This document shows, piece after piece, positions 13,751 to 26,600 of a DNA stretch of 64,000 nucleotides. Made by a program: the position numbers and the translations under genes. Position 1 is the stretch's first letter; the number at the start of each line of letters is the position of its first letter. The notes below the pieces were generated by a model that made no database searches, had not been told where the DNA came from, and saw only the letters and a list, made by a program, of their open reading frames with translations. The DNA is from Mobula hypostoma. Its lineage: Eukaryota. The stretch lies in the NCBI RefSeq assembly GCF_963921235.1, contig NC_086097.1, forward strand, positions 210,740,001 to 210,804,000, in the 5' to 3' direction.

Positions 13751-13896
13751 AATATAAGTGATAGGTGAGAAGGCTGAAGAATAGTCTGTGGAATCTCTGG
13801 TGCTTATGATCTACTGAATTTGTCCTCAGCCTTTGAGCTTTGCTAGTGAGGAGAACATATATTGCCTTTATTTAATTCCTCAGTTAATGGTGGAAA

Positions 13897-14465
13897 ATCA
13901 AGTCAAGTCAAGTCAAGTCAAGTCAAGTCACTTTTTATTGTCATTTCGACCATAACTACTGGTACAGTACACAGTAAAAACAAGACAATGTTTTTCAGGA
14001 CCATGGTGCTACATGAAACAATACAAAAACTACACTGAACTACGTAAAACAACACAAAAACTACACTAGACTATAGACCTACCCAGGACTGCATAAAGTA
14101 CACAAAACAGTGCAGGCATTACAATAAATAATAAACAAGACAATAGGCACAGCAGAGGGCAGTAGGCTGGTGTCAGTCGAGTCTCTGGGCATTGAGTCCA
14201 ATGGCTTGGGGGAGAAACTGGTACATAAATAAACAGCTGAATGGTAGTGTCCGGGATTCTGTTGCTGAGTATTTCATTGGAGCCGGATGTAGTCTAATTT
14301 ATTGTCCAGGGAGCAGACATTGGAGAGCAGAATGGACGAGAGAGCCAGCCGGCTAGGGTTTGCTTTTTGCCCGGCACGTACTCCTTCCCGCTCGCCTCGC
14401 TTCTGCTTCCTCGCACACCGCTTACAACGTTGGCACCTATGTATTCTTTTGCTTCTATTGGCTAA
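13897..14465 (-). mobile_element. Internally deleted Rex/Babar-type LINE
   Basis: Minus strand reads [44 protein letters not shown] (APE start), joined almost directly to the ORF end and 3' UTR. AATAAA and (CTTGA)n tail at 13897-13930. Confidence 0.75.
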
Positions 14466-14924
14466 GGAGTCTGAAAATACTGACAGGACAATAATTAAGA
14501 ATGTGAACTTTGAAGTGATTATCTTTTCATGCTTGATGATTTGTCCTTTGGAAAGTAGATGGCACTTGTTTAGGAGATATTATGGAAGATGTCTTTTCAG
14601 GTTGCTGTAGTGCAGACAGCAGAGAGCGCTTGCAACAGGCAATGGATACCAGTAGTGGGGGGGGGAGGGGGAATAGATGTTCAGCTTTGCTGACAGGCTG
14701 CTGAGGAAGTGGACAGCTTCATTTCAGATAGTGATGCATTTGTTTAGTATTGCTGTTGCTTCATCCTGTAGCAAATGGAAAGCATTTCATTAGTCTATTG
14801 AGTTGTAGCGCTAAGAGGCTTTAAGTACTCAAACTGTGACACGCTCACCTCAGATGACCCACTCTCTGACCTGAATGGTACTGATTTGTCTATCTTAGTT
14901 GTCATATGAAAAAAACAAATACTT

Positions 14925-16081
14925 AGCAATAATATAATGAGGCAACAGGATATGACTAAACACATTGATGAAGGTAGACCAGTAGATGTATTGTATATGG
15001 ATTTCAGCAAGGCATTTGATAAAGTACACGATGCAAGGATTATTGAGAAAGTAAGGAGGCATGGGATCCAAGGGGAATTGCTTGTGGATCCAGAATTGGC
15101 TTGCCCACAGAAGGCAAAGAGTGGTTGTAGACGGTCATATTCTGCATGGAGGTCGGTGACCAGTGATGTGCCTCAGGGATCTGTTCTAGGACCCCTTCTC
15201 TTCGCAATTTTTATAAATGACATATATGAGGAAGTGGAGGGGGTGTTGTTAATAGTGTGAAGGACTGTCAGAGGTTACAGCTGGACATCAATAGGATGCA
15301 AATCTGGGCTGAGAAGTGGCAGATGGAGTTCAACCCAGATAAGTGTGAGGTGGTTCATTTTGGTAGGTCAAATATGATGGCAGGATATAGTATCAATGGT
15401 AAGACTCTTGGCAGTGTGGAGGATCAGAGGGATCTTGGTGTCTGAGTCCATAGGACACTCAAAGCTGCTGCGCAGATTGGCTGTACGGTTAAGAAGGCAA
15501 CAGTGCATTGGCCTTTATCAACCGTGGGATTGATTTTAAGAGCCAAGAGGTAATGTTACAGCTTTATAGGACCCTGGTCAGATCTCACTTGGAGTACTGT
15601 GCTCAGTTCTGGTCACCTCACTACGGGTAGGATGTGGAAACTATAGAAATGGTGCAGAGGAGATTTACAAGGATGTCACCTGGATTGGGGAGCATGCCCT
15701 ATGAGATTAGGTTGAGTGAACTTGGCTTTTTCTCCCTGGAGCGACAGAGGATGTGGATAGTCAGAGACTTTTTCCCAGGGCTGAAATGTCTAATACGAGA
15801 GGGCACAGTCCTAAGGTGCTTGGAAGTAGATACAGAGGAGATGTCAGGGGTAAGTTTATTATGCAGAGGATGGTGAGTGCTTAGAATGGGCTGCCAATGA
15901 TGGTGGTGGAGGCAGATACAATAGGGCCTTTCAAGAGACTCCTGGATAGGTGCATGGGGCTTAGAAAAATAGAGGGCTATGGGTAACACTAGGTAATTTC
16001 TAAAGTAAGTACATGTTTGGCACAACGTCGTGGGCCAAAAGGCCTGTATTGTGCTGTAGGTTTTCTATGTTCTATGTTCTA
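14925..16081 (+). mobile_element. CR1 LINE RT and 3' fragment
   Basis: [43 protein letters not shown]; (ttctatg)n tail. Confidence 0.9.
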
Positions 16082-16462
16082 ACAATTCTTTCTGAGATTG
16101 ATTGTGAAGGAAATCTGATCTACATTGATAACTTTTCTGTCACTGCGATATTTCAAACAAAGCATCACATATTAGAAATGAGCCATTGAATATTTGGTAC
16201 ATAGTTTTTATTGTACTAGGTTATTGTAGCTTTCTGTGACCTACAGTGATAGTTCTTTCTTGTGTAGACATGCATGTTAAAAAGTAGAGATATTGTAACA
16301 ATGCTGTGCTGTTAGCCTTGCAAATGATAAATAAAGATGGTAGATCGAAGCTTGTTCCATCACCATGCTCTAGATTTACCTCACTGCCCATGGTAATGGA
16401 TCTAGCTCTTAGTTCTGTTTCCCATGTTGTAAAAAATGCTAATCTTCCTTGCTGATTTACAG

Positions 16463-16615
16463 CCGCTTATCCAATCAATGCAGTGTAATGTTACAGATGG
16501 TGGATGGAGCTGAAAAGAAATGGACAGTTCAGCCGTTTGCCTGGCAGATTTCACCATTCCATTTAAAAGGAAAGGATACAAAACTACCTGCAGATATGCA
16601 GCTCGATTCATCAAG
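16463..16615 (+). CDS. Candidate internal coding exon of an unidentified host gene
   Basis: Branch-like GCTAAT and pyrimidine tract before ttacAG (16462); donor AG|GTATT at 16616. Length 153 nt (multiple of 3, phase 2-2) with one fully open frame: RLSNQCSVMLQMVDGAEKKWTVQPFAWQISPFHLKGKDTKLPADMQLDSS. Not TE-like; protein not recognised. Confidence 0.4.
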
Positions 16616-16829
16616 GTATTGTCTAGTACAAAGATGAACAGTTTTGAGAATGAAGTTGGAATTTCAGTGTCCTCGTTTTACCTAGAGTACCGGTGACTAA
16701 CAAATTACAATGGAATAAAGAACAAGCTGTTAGAGGAACTCAACAGGTCAGGCAATGTCTGTGGAGGGAAGTGTTTTAGATTGAGACACCGCAAATGAAC
16801 CCTTCATCTTGTATTATGGATTCATAGGC

Positions 16830-17900
16830 TCAAAGAGCATGATAGCACAGAAACAGGCCCTTCAGACCATCTGGTATGTGAGGACGAATTTCTGCCTAGG
16901 TCCATCTATTTCCAACGGGATTGTAGCCCCCTGTACCGCTCTTATTCATGAAACTTTCTAAACTTCTTTTAAATGATTGCGATTGAATCCACACCCATCA
17001 GTTCCATTAGCAGCTCACGGCCCAATTGCACCACCTTCTGAGTAAAAAAAGTTTCCCTCTCAGATTTCCCTAAATATTTCACCTTTCACACAAAACCTAT
17101 GTCCTCTAGTTCTAGTCTAGCTCAGAAGAAAATGCCTGTATACTTCTCTAAGATCACTCCTCTTCTACACTCCAGCGAATAATGTCGTAATCTATTCAAC
17201 CTTTCCCCATAACTAAAGTCCTCAAATCCCGGCAACATCCTTGCAACTTTTCTCTGTATTCTTTCAATCTTACTGATGATTCTTTCCGTAAGTAGGTGAT
17301 TAGAACAGCAAATAGTACTCTAGAACCAGTTTCATCAAAGTCTTATACAACTTCAGTAAATCATCCCAACATTTGATGATATTCCAACATCCCAATGCTC
17401 TGATTTATGAAAGCCAACGTGGCAAACGCTCTCATGATGACTCTATCTATCATGATGCCACTTCAAAGAATTACGGATCTGTGTTCCCAGATCCCTTTGT
17501 TCTATTGCACACCGCAGTGCCCTACCATTGCCTGTCTTGAACAACAAAACAAAATTTGCTATCCTCCTCTCCTCCAGCATCTCACCCATGGCTAAGGACA
17601 CTTTAAATATCTCTGCCAGGGCCCCTGTAATTTCTGCACTTGCCTCCCATAAGGTCCAAGGGGACACCTTGTCAGGCCCTGAGTATTTATCCACTCTACT
17701 TCAGGATTCAAGATTAAAGATTGTTTAATGTAATTTCCAGTACACATGTGTAAAACAAAATAATTGTTACTCTGGGTCCGATGCAGTACAAAAAAGCTCA
17801 TTAAGATGAAGAACGCAGTAATAATACCCAGGACTGCAATCACCTTACCTTCCGCAATCCGAATGCAGTCCATGTCCTCACTACTCTTCTAGCTAATTTC
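16830..17900 (-). mobile_element. Decayed CR1 fragments with an inserted Rex-type tail (~17703-17830)
   Basis: Minus-strand DKYSGPDKVSPWTLWEASAEITGALAEIF and a CR1 3' UTR. Confidence 0.7.
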
Positions 17901-18250
17901 TGAAAACCCAATGCTTGCTTTCTAATTCTGTGCTGTAATGTTCTATGATTTCATGATTTTCTATTTTTAATGTCTTCATATTAGTAATTAAAGTAAACTA
18001 CTTTAGTCAACCATTGGATAATACAGAATCAGATTCAGGTTTATTATCACTGGCATGTGACGTGAAATTTGTTAACTTAGCAGCAGCAGTTCAATGCAAT
18101 ACATAATCTAGCAGAGAAAAGTTAATAATAATAAATAAATAAAATAATAATAATTATTATTATTATAACAAGTAAATCAATTACATATATTGAATAGATT
18201 AAAAAAAGAGTAAGCTCCCTACAGCCATTCCTTAAATGGAATCTCTGGAC

Positions 18251-20542
18251 CAATATTTGCCAACTTTCTTTAGCCCAACACCCTCCTAAAGCACTTTCAT
18301 ACTTGTCAATTCCTCCCCACCCCACCCCCACCCCCAAGTAAGGCACCTTCATATTTAGCAATGCCCTTCTTAGGCACAATATACTTTCTGGTGCTCCCAT
18401 AGTGTAGAACATGTCTTCCACATGCTAACATGAGAAAAATGATTCTGCTTTAAATTTTTATTTGTCTTTAAATTAGCTTACACAGCATCTGTGCGCTGTA
18501 CAGGAGCTACGATATCAATGTGATATACTTGAGCTTGATGGTTTTTAGCAAGAGTTGTAATATCTGGTTCAAGTTGTGACAGGAAAATCCTTAAGTCCCC
18601 ATGAGTAACAATGTCCAGGCGGTTTCTGTTTTTTGTGAGCAAGTAGTTCACTGCACTGAAGCCTCTTTCAGCAAGGTAGGCGGTGGAAACACAATGAAGA
18701 GCAGTTTGGCTCTTCTCCAAAGACCGGGAGATATGAGCGTATGATAATATAGCCATATACCACAAAAGCTGACATTTTTGAAAAGCATTTTTTCTGCTTC
18801 ACCATTCTGAACTGCAATAATTTCTTCCTGCGAGCTCTCTTCCTGTTCCCCCACCTTGCAAAGAATTGGGTTAAATACCTAGTCCGGAATTTCCAGATCG
18901 TTCAAATCCTTGAATCGATTCTGAAAATCATTCTTCAGTGATTGCAGGTATAAGTAGTACTCTTGCAAATCACCATCTGTGAAAGAGAGTGCCATACTTT
19001 CCATATAGGGAAACTGTTAGAACATGCTTGTCCCAATGTTTTGCTTATATATTTCCAATTTTCCAATAAAAGTGGACACTGCACTTTTTGCCTGGATTAA
19101 ATTGAAATGTTTATTCTGTCATAGAGATCGCTAGGTATTCCACATCTCCACGTAGATGTTCAATCTTGTTTCCCAAGCACTTGTCGACTTTGAGCAAAAA
19201 TTCAACCGCAGTGTCAAGAAGATCAAGGAAATCTTTCAAGCAGCAGCCTTTTGACAGCCAATGCACTTCAGAGTGAAGAAGCAAGCATTCAAACTCTTTG
19301 TTATCTTCACATAACTGGCAGAATATTCTGCTATTTAATAGATTAGCTTTAATTTAGTTGACAACATATATTACAAGAATCATGCTTGAAAAAAGTTGCT
19401 GGCTGAGGTTTTTGGCTGCAAGATGTTGACAATGAATTACACAATGGATTGCAAACAGACTTGGAATTTCTTTTTTGCATAAATGCCTCTAAACCAGCAT
19501 GGTGACCTGTCATATATGGTGCTCCATCTGTTGCATGAGAAATCAAGTCTCTAACTGGAATACTTTTATCCTCAATATACATTTTGAGTTTGTCGTAGAT
19601 TGATTCTCCATTGATATTTGTTTTTAACTTTTTACAAAAGAGACTTTCTTTATAAACTTTTCCATTTTTGATAAACCATATATACGCCATTAGCAATGCC
19701 TCATTGTCTCGAACAGTTGACTCATCCAGTTGTATCCCAAATTCTGTTTTTGGTTTCTCTGTGTATAATTGATACTCAATGTCTTCACTCATTTTGTCAA
19801 TACGATAAGCTACAGAGTTATTAGTCAGAGGAATTGATCTTAAGATACTGGTATTCATTTTAAGAACAGTGATGAGCAGTTCTGATACAGCAGGTATTAT
19901 TAATTGTATGAGATTTCCTACACTATACTATCATTTTGGAAATGCTATAAGAAGCAATGAGACCTCGCTCAAGGTCATTGTAGCCTACTTGGCAAATTAG
20001 TCTAGTGTGTAACACTTTTCAAATGCTTCTTTCATCTTCTGGAACTGAGTAATACCATAAGTAGTCTTTTCAGATTGTCTAATGGAAGTGTTTCTGCAAT
20101 CTTGATGGTTTCATGGCTTCATTAGACAGTACAATATTACAATTAAAACACATGGGGTGTCACTGATCTGACGGGAATGGAATAAAACCGTACTCCAGGT
20201 ACTTAACATTGTATTGATGCATTTTCTGAAGCTTCTGTTTCTTAGCAGTATCAGAATTCAAGGCTTCACTGTCTTCAGAGTCTGTATGTATGTATGTAAA
20301 TACATACACTGTATGTATTTATCCATTATTAATGGGGCTAAATTAAAATAAAAAATTAACACAAACTAGGAATGCTTATCGGACGTTGACAACTGCAGTG
20401 AGTTGACATGGTTGGTCAGATCTTACACATCAAGCTAGGGTGTCACTTAATGCCCCCCCAAGAATCCTAAATATCCCCTAACGACTTCTATTTCCCCTAA
20501 CGCCCCCTTAGGAATGTAGGACATTCCTGTTGAGAATCATTG
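18251..20542 (-). mobile_element. hAT (Charlie/Buster-like) DNA transposon with decayed transposase
   Basis: SIPLTNNSVAYRIDKMSEDIE, FGIQLDEST, ATDGAP and C-terminal AERGFSAVNYLLTKNRNRLDI. Imperfect TIRs caatatttgccaac and caatgattctcaac. Degenerate 8-bp flanks ctctggac/ctcaagaa resemble the NTCTAGAN target. Confidence 0.85.
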
Positions 20543-20684
20543 CTCAAGAATGAAACTAGAATTTTCCATTCAGTGGGAGGTATTTTAAGATTAACTTTAT
20601 TTCTCGCATGTGCAATGAAACATGCAGTGAAATTTCCTGTTTGAATCAAAATAAGTAAATTGGGTGCAGGTTTTGAGATTCAGT

Positions 20685-21080
20685 ACAGTATAGGCCCTTC
20701 TGGCCCTTCATGCAATGTCTCCCAGCAATCGCCCGAGTTAAACCTAGCCTAATCCCAGGACCATTTAAAAATGACCAAATAACCTACCAGCTGGTATGTC
20801 TTTGGACTGTGGGAGGAAACCGGAGAACTTGGAGGAAATACACGTAGTGGCGGGGAGAACGGTCTAAATTCCTTGCAGGCAGCAGCGGGAATTGAACCCG
20901 GGTCGCATGTGCCGTAGACCACTATGCTACAATGTCTTAATGTCACCATGTTTCTGGTTCTGACATAACATGCCCACAACTTTCTAACCTTAACCTATGT
21001 CCTTGGAAGTGGGAGGAAAGAAGAGCACCTGGAGGAAACCCACAAGATCACAGAGAGCAATGGGAATCAAAGATCACTGG
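20685..21080 (-). mobile_element. Two adjacent or nested V-SINE copies
   Basis: Reverse-complement B box (gaattgaacccggg) and V domain (tctttggactgtgggaggaaaccggag). A second V-domain copy lies near 21000. Confidence 0.8.
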
Positions 21081-21718
21081 CGTTGTACCATTCCTCATTA
21101 AAGTCTTCCAACTGCTTGCCAAATGTATTTTTGAAATTTCCATTCCTGCAGCTCAATGTTCCCTTATTTAACTTTGAAATACTGAAATGAAACTTATCAG
21201 CTTAGCTGCAAGTCCAAACGTGAAATGAATGAAAGAGGTGAGAGTGGTGGTTGTTGGTGACAGATAAGACCCATTTATGTTCTCTCCCAAAATTCATTAA
21301 TAATAATGTTCCCCAGATTCTTATCTGAACACTAATGTCTTCCCTACCAAATATGCCTAAACTATTGACATCAATGTAGACTGTGGATGAATCCTAACAA
21401 TTTTCTTGTCTATAGGCTTGACACCCAAGCTGCAAACTGATTTGCTTAAATGTGACAACCTCTTTTATACTGAGCAGCACTTCCACATATTTTTGGCGAT
21501 ATAAGTTTTGAGGACATGTGATTTTTATTTAAGCTGTTCATTAAGACTAAACCTGTTATGAACACTTATTAACTATGAAACATTGATTTTATTGGAGAAA
21601 CTTAATTTGCAGCTCAGGGTAAACTTTTATAAATAAGATCCTTTCATTATATTGACTTTCCTGAAGGTTAACAGATTGGCAGAAATTCAGTTTCTGTGTG
21701 AAACATACGGTATATATC

Positions 21719-22064
21719 CTCCTGGCTGATATTGGAGATAACAATAAGCACTGAATAGACTAAATAGAGGTTGATTCAGAACTGAGATGCATTAAGGGGA
21801 ATCAGTAAAATTATGGTTGATGCAAGCAAGATGGCGCTGGTGAACCACATTGAGGTGTTGCAGGAAGCTTACTAAACTTCTAAATATACTTCTGAACTAT
21901 TTTCACTGGACACAACAACCTGTAATTTTCTGTTAAGTAATGTACTTTTGAACCATCTTATAGAACTAAGATAGTTCAAAAGTACATTACTTAACAGGAA
22001 ATTCTGAATCAACTTTTATTTAGTCTATTCAGTGCTTATTGTTATCTCCAATGCCAGCCAGGAG
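21719..22064. repeat. Nested inverted repeats (63-bp arms enclosing a 37-bp-stem hairpin)
   Basis: 21719-21781 is the reverse complement of 22002-22064 (59/63). 21924-21960 is the reverse complement of 21967-22003 (35/37) with a 6-nt loop. Confidence 0.9.
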
Positions 22065-23647
22065 CTCCCACAGCACCCAACAGCCCTGTGATTTCAGTCT
22101 CTGAGGTTGACATGAGAGCATTCTTCAGGAGAGTGAACCCAGGGAAAACATCTGGCCCAGATGGGGTTCTTGGGTGACTTCTAAAGACCTGTGCTGATCA
22201 ACTGGCTAGGGTGTTCACCGATATCTTTAACCTCTTGCTTCAACAGTCTGAGGTAACAACTTGTTTCAAGCAGGCTAAGAACATGGTAACCTGTCTCAAT
22301 GACAATCGTTTAGTAGCACTTACCTCCACTATGCTGAAACATTGAGATGTTGGTGATGAAACATATCAACTCCTGTCTGAGAAGCAAGTTTGATGTGCTC
22401 CAATTTACTTACTGTCACAATACTTCAAAGCAAATGACAGTTCATTGGCTCTCTACTCAACCCTGGAATATCTGGACAGTGAAAATGCTTTTTAAGCTGC
22501 ATTATTAATGACCACAGCTCAGCGTTCCATAGCATCATCTCCTCTAAACTAAACAATAAGCTTCAAAAGCTTGGCCACAATACCTGCTTATGCAATTGGA
22601 TCCTTGATTTCCTCACTTGCAAACCCCAGTCAGTTTGGATTGGCAACAGTGTTTCCTCCACAATCTCCATCAGCACTGGTGCACCACAAGGCTGTGTGCT
22701 TAGCCCCTGGCTGTACTTGCTTCATACATTTGATTGTGTGGCAAAGCACGTGTTCAATATGATAGTCAAGTTTGCTGAATACACCACTGTCGTAGGCCAT
22801 ATTAAAGGTGCTGATGAATCAGCGTACAGGAAAGATATGGAAAATCTGGCTGAGTGGTGGCACAATAACAATCTCTTTCTCAATGTCAGAGAGACTAAGG
22901 AGCTGATTATTGAATTCAGGAGGAGGAAAGTGGAGGTCCATAAACCAGACCTCATTGAGGGATTAGAGGTGCAGAGGGTCATCAATTTGAAATTCCTCAC
23001 TGTTATCACTTCAAAGGATTTCTACTGGATCAAACATGGCATTATGAAGAAAGCATGGCACTCCTACTTCCTTAAGAGTGTCTGAAGGTTCAGCACGACA
23101 CCTAAAACTTTGACAAGCTTCTCCAGACGTGTAGTGGAGGGTATATTGACTGACTTCATCACAGCCTGGAATTGGAACATCAATGCCTTTGAATGGAGAA
23201 TCTTACAAAAAGTCATGGATTTGTCCCTGGCTATCATGGGTAAAGCACTGCCCACCATTGAGCACATCCACATGTAGCATTGTCACAGGAAAGCAGCATC
23301 CATCATCAGGGGTGCCCACCACCCTGGACATGCCATTAGGAAAAAGGTACAGAAGCCTCAGGACCCAAATCACCAGATTCAGGAACCGTTATTGTCCCTC
23401 AACCATCAGGATCTTGAACCAGAGAGGCAATTGCACTCAACTTCAATTGCCCCATCACTGAAATTTTCTCTCAACCTGTGGATTCACTTCCTAGGACTCT
23501 TCATCTCACCTTCTTCTTACTTATTGTTATTACTATTTTTATCTTTTTGTACTTGTACAGTTTGTTGTCTTTTGTACATTTGTTTTTTTCTTTGCCCTGT
23601 TGGGTGTGGTCTTTCATTGATTCTATTGTGTTGCTTATATTTACTGT
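22065..23647 (+). mobile_element. Rex/Babar-type LINE RT and 3' region; tail resumes at ~29144-29230
   Basis: [68 protein letters not shown]. The 3' UTR continues after the CR1 block with gataataaatttactttgaactttga. Confidence 0.85.
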
Positions 23648-23649
23648 TT

Positions 23650-26600
23650 TTTAAAACCCTTTGATTGAGGTTCGCACACAAAATTAAAAAGGCAGTGTTT
23701 TGCGGCATTTTTTCAGAGTTGGACTGTGACCAATCACCCAGCAGGATTTATGAGAAAGGGTGAATAAAATAAAGCAGGTGCAAATGAAGTGGCCATGGTT
23801 GGAGTGGATTTGGTTCATCAGTCTTGGGTGAGGTAAGTAACTGGTAAGTTTCTTCTTCTTCTTTATTCCTCATTCCCCATCTGTGAGGGCACAGTCAGTG
23901 CAACGAGAATGGCTCCAGGGGCTGTGCGTGAGATGTGGGAATTCTAGGAAGCCACCAGCCTCCCGGATAACCTCAACTGCTCCAGGTGCTCCAAGCTACA
24001 GCTCCTCAGAGAACATGTTAAGGAACTGGAGCTGTAGCTCGATGACCTTCGGCTCATATGGGACAATGAGGAGGTGATAGATAGGAGCTACGGGGAGGAT
24101 GTCACCTGTAGTTTGAGGGAGGCAGGTAACTGGGTGACTGTCAGGAGAAGGAAGGGAAATGGGCAGCCAGTGCAGAGTAACCCTGTGCCCATTCCCCTCA
24201 ATAATAAGCATATTACCTTGGAAACTACTGGGGGGTCTTCCAGGGGGTGGCTGCAGTGGCCGGGTCTCTGGCGCTGAGCCTGGTGCTGTGACTCACAAGT
24301 GAAGAGAGGTGAAGGGGACTGCAGTGGTGATAGAGATTCCGTTGTCAGAAGAACAGAGACGAGATACTGTACACATGATAGAGACATGTTGCCTCCCAGT
24401 AACCAGGGTCAAAGATGTCTTGGATTGGATCCATGGCGTTCTAAAGGGGGAGGGTGAGCAAGCAGAGACCTGGTACACATTGACACCAATGACTTATGTA
24501 CAAAAGTTGAGAAAGTCCTGAAGAGAGATTTCAGAGAACTCAGTAAAAAGCTGAAAATCCAGACCTCCAGAGTAGTAATCTCTGGCTTGCTGCCCATGCC
24601 ATGCTCCAGTGAGGGTAAGACTAGGGTGACTTCGCAGATGAATGCATGGTTGAGGAACTACTGCAGGGGCCAGGGGTTCAGATTTATGGATCATTGGGAT
24701 CTCCTCTGGGGAAGATACCATCTTTTCAAAAGGATTGGGTTATGCCTGAACCCAAGAGGGACCAACATCCTTGCGGATAGGTTTGCTAGAGCTGTTTGGG
24801 AGGGTTTAAACTAATTTGGCAGGTGTTAGGAACTGAAGTAATGATGCTGAGGATGAGGGAGCTGGTTCACAAACAGAAGCAGTGTGTAGTGACACTGCTA
24901 GCAGGGAGAGGTTGATGAAAGAGAATTGCAATCAACAGGATGAGTTGCAATGCAATAGGCCGACAAAATTGAAAAGGGTGAATACAGATTGAAGATGTTA
25001 TATTGAATGTACACAATATATGGAATAAAGTAGATGAACTTGTAGCACAATTTCAGAATGGCATGTGTGATATTGTTGTCTTCACTGAATCGTGACTGAA
25101 AGAAGGCTACAGGAGACAGATAAATTGGTGACCTTGAGGAGGGAAGGGAGAACATCAGATAGTGGAGAGCACCCTTGTGCCCACTCCCCTCAACAATAAG
25201 TATTCTATTTTGAGTACTGCACGGGAGGGGGGGTGGCCTGTCTCAGGGAAGCAACAGTGGCCGTGCCTCTGTCGCTGAGTCTGGCCTTGTGACTCTGAAG
25301 GGTAGGGAACTGGAGAAGATGGCAGCAGTAACAGAGGACTCTACGGTTAGCAGGACAGATAGGTGATTCTGAGGGCGTGAAAAAGAAACGCGATGGTAGT
25401 TCGCCTCCCAGATACCAAGGTCCATGATGTTTCTGAACGCATCCACAATATCCTGAAAATGGAGGGTGAGCAGCCAGAAGTTGTGGTACATACTGCTACC
25501 AAAGACATAAGTAGAAAAAGGGAGGATGTCCTAAGAGCAGAATACAATGAGTTTGCAGGGAAGTTGAGAAGCAGGACCTCAAGGGTAGTAATCTTGAGAT
25601 TGCTGTCTGTGCCACACGACAGTGAGAATAGGAATAAAATAAGGTGACAGATAAATGTGTGGCTGAAAAATTGGAGCAGGGGGCAGGGATTCAGATTTCT
25701 GGATCATTGAGACCTCTTCTGGAGCGGGTGGGATCTGTACAAAAGGGATACGATGCACTTGAATCTGAAGGGAACCAATATTCTTGTGGACAGGTTTACT
25801 TGAGCTGTTGGAAGTGGTAATATGGCAGGGGATGGGAATCAATATGACAGAGCTGAGGATGAGCCAGCAGGTCTACACGTAGATGATGTGTGTAACATGA
25901 GTGTAAGTAAGTTTGCGTTTGATACGAAGATAGGTGGAGGGGTAGGTAGTGCTGAGAAAGCAACGTGATTGCAGCAGGAATTAGACAAATTGGAAGAATG
26001 GGCAAAAATATGGCAGATGGAATACAGTGTTGGAGAATGTATGATAATGCATTTTGGTAAAAGAAATAATAATGCAGACTCTTATATAAATTGGGATAAA
26101 ATTCAAACATCGGGTGCAGTGGGAGTCGTTGTGCAAAATCCCCAGAAGGTTAAATTAGAGACTGAATCTGTGGTAAAGAAGGCAAATGCAACGTTGGCAT
26201 TTATTTCAAGGGAAGTAGAATATAAAAACAAGGAGATAATGCTGAGCCATTATAAGACACTAGTCAGGCCACACTTGGAGCATTGTCAACAGTTTTGGGC
26301 CCCATATCTCAGAAAAGATATGTTGTCATTGGAGAGGGTCCAGAGAAGGTTCACAAGGATGATTCTGAGAATGAAGGGGTTAATATATGAAAAGTGTTTG
26401 GCAGCTTTGGGCCTGTACTCACTGGAATTTAGAAGAATTCAGGGGTGGGGATGGAATCTCATTGAAACCTCCTGAATATTGAAAGGACAAGCTAGGATGG
26501 ATGTGTAGAGGATGTTTCCTATGTTGGGGGTATCCAGAACTAGAGGGCACAGCCTCAAAATTTTAGAACAGAGGTAAGGAGGACACTTTTTTTTTAACTA

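Noticed and set aside
18251..20542. Domesticated hAT gene (ZBED5/SCAND3-like)
   Set aside because: Many stops and frameshifts, with TIR remnants retained; a dead transposon.
21924..22003. Pre-miRNA hairpin
   Set aside because: A near-perfect AT-rich stem embedded in a larger fold-back rearrangement; no expression or conservation evidence available.
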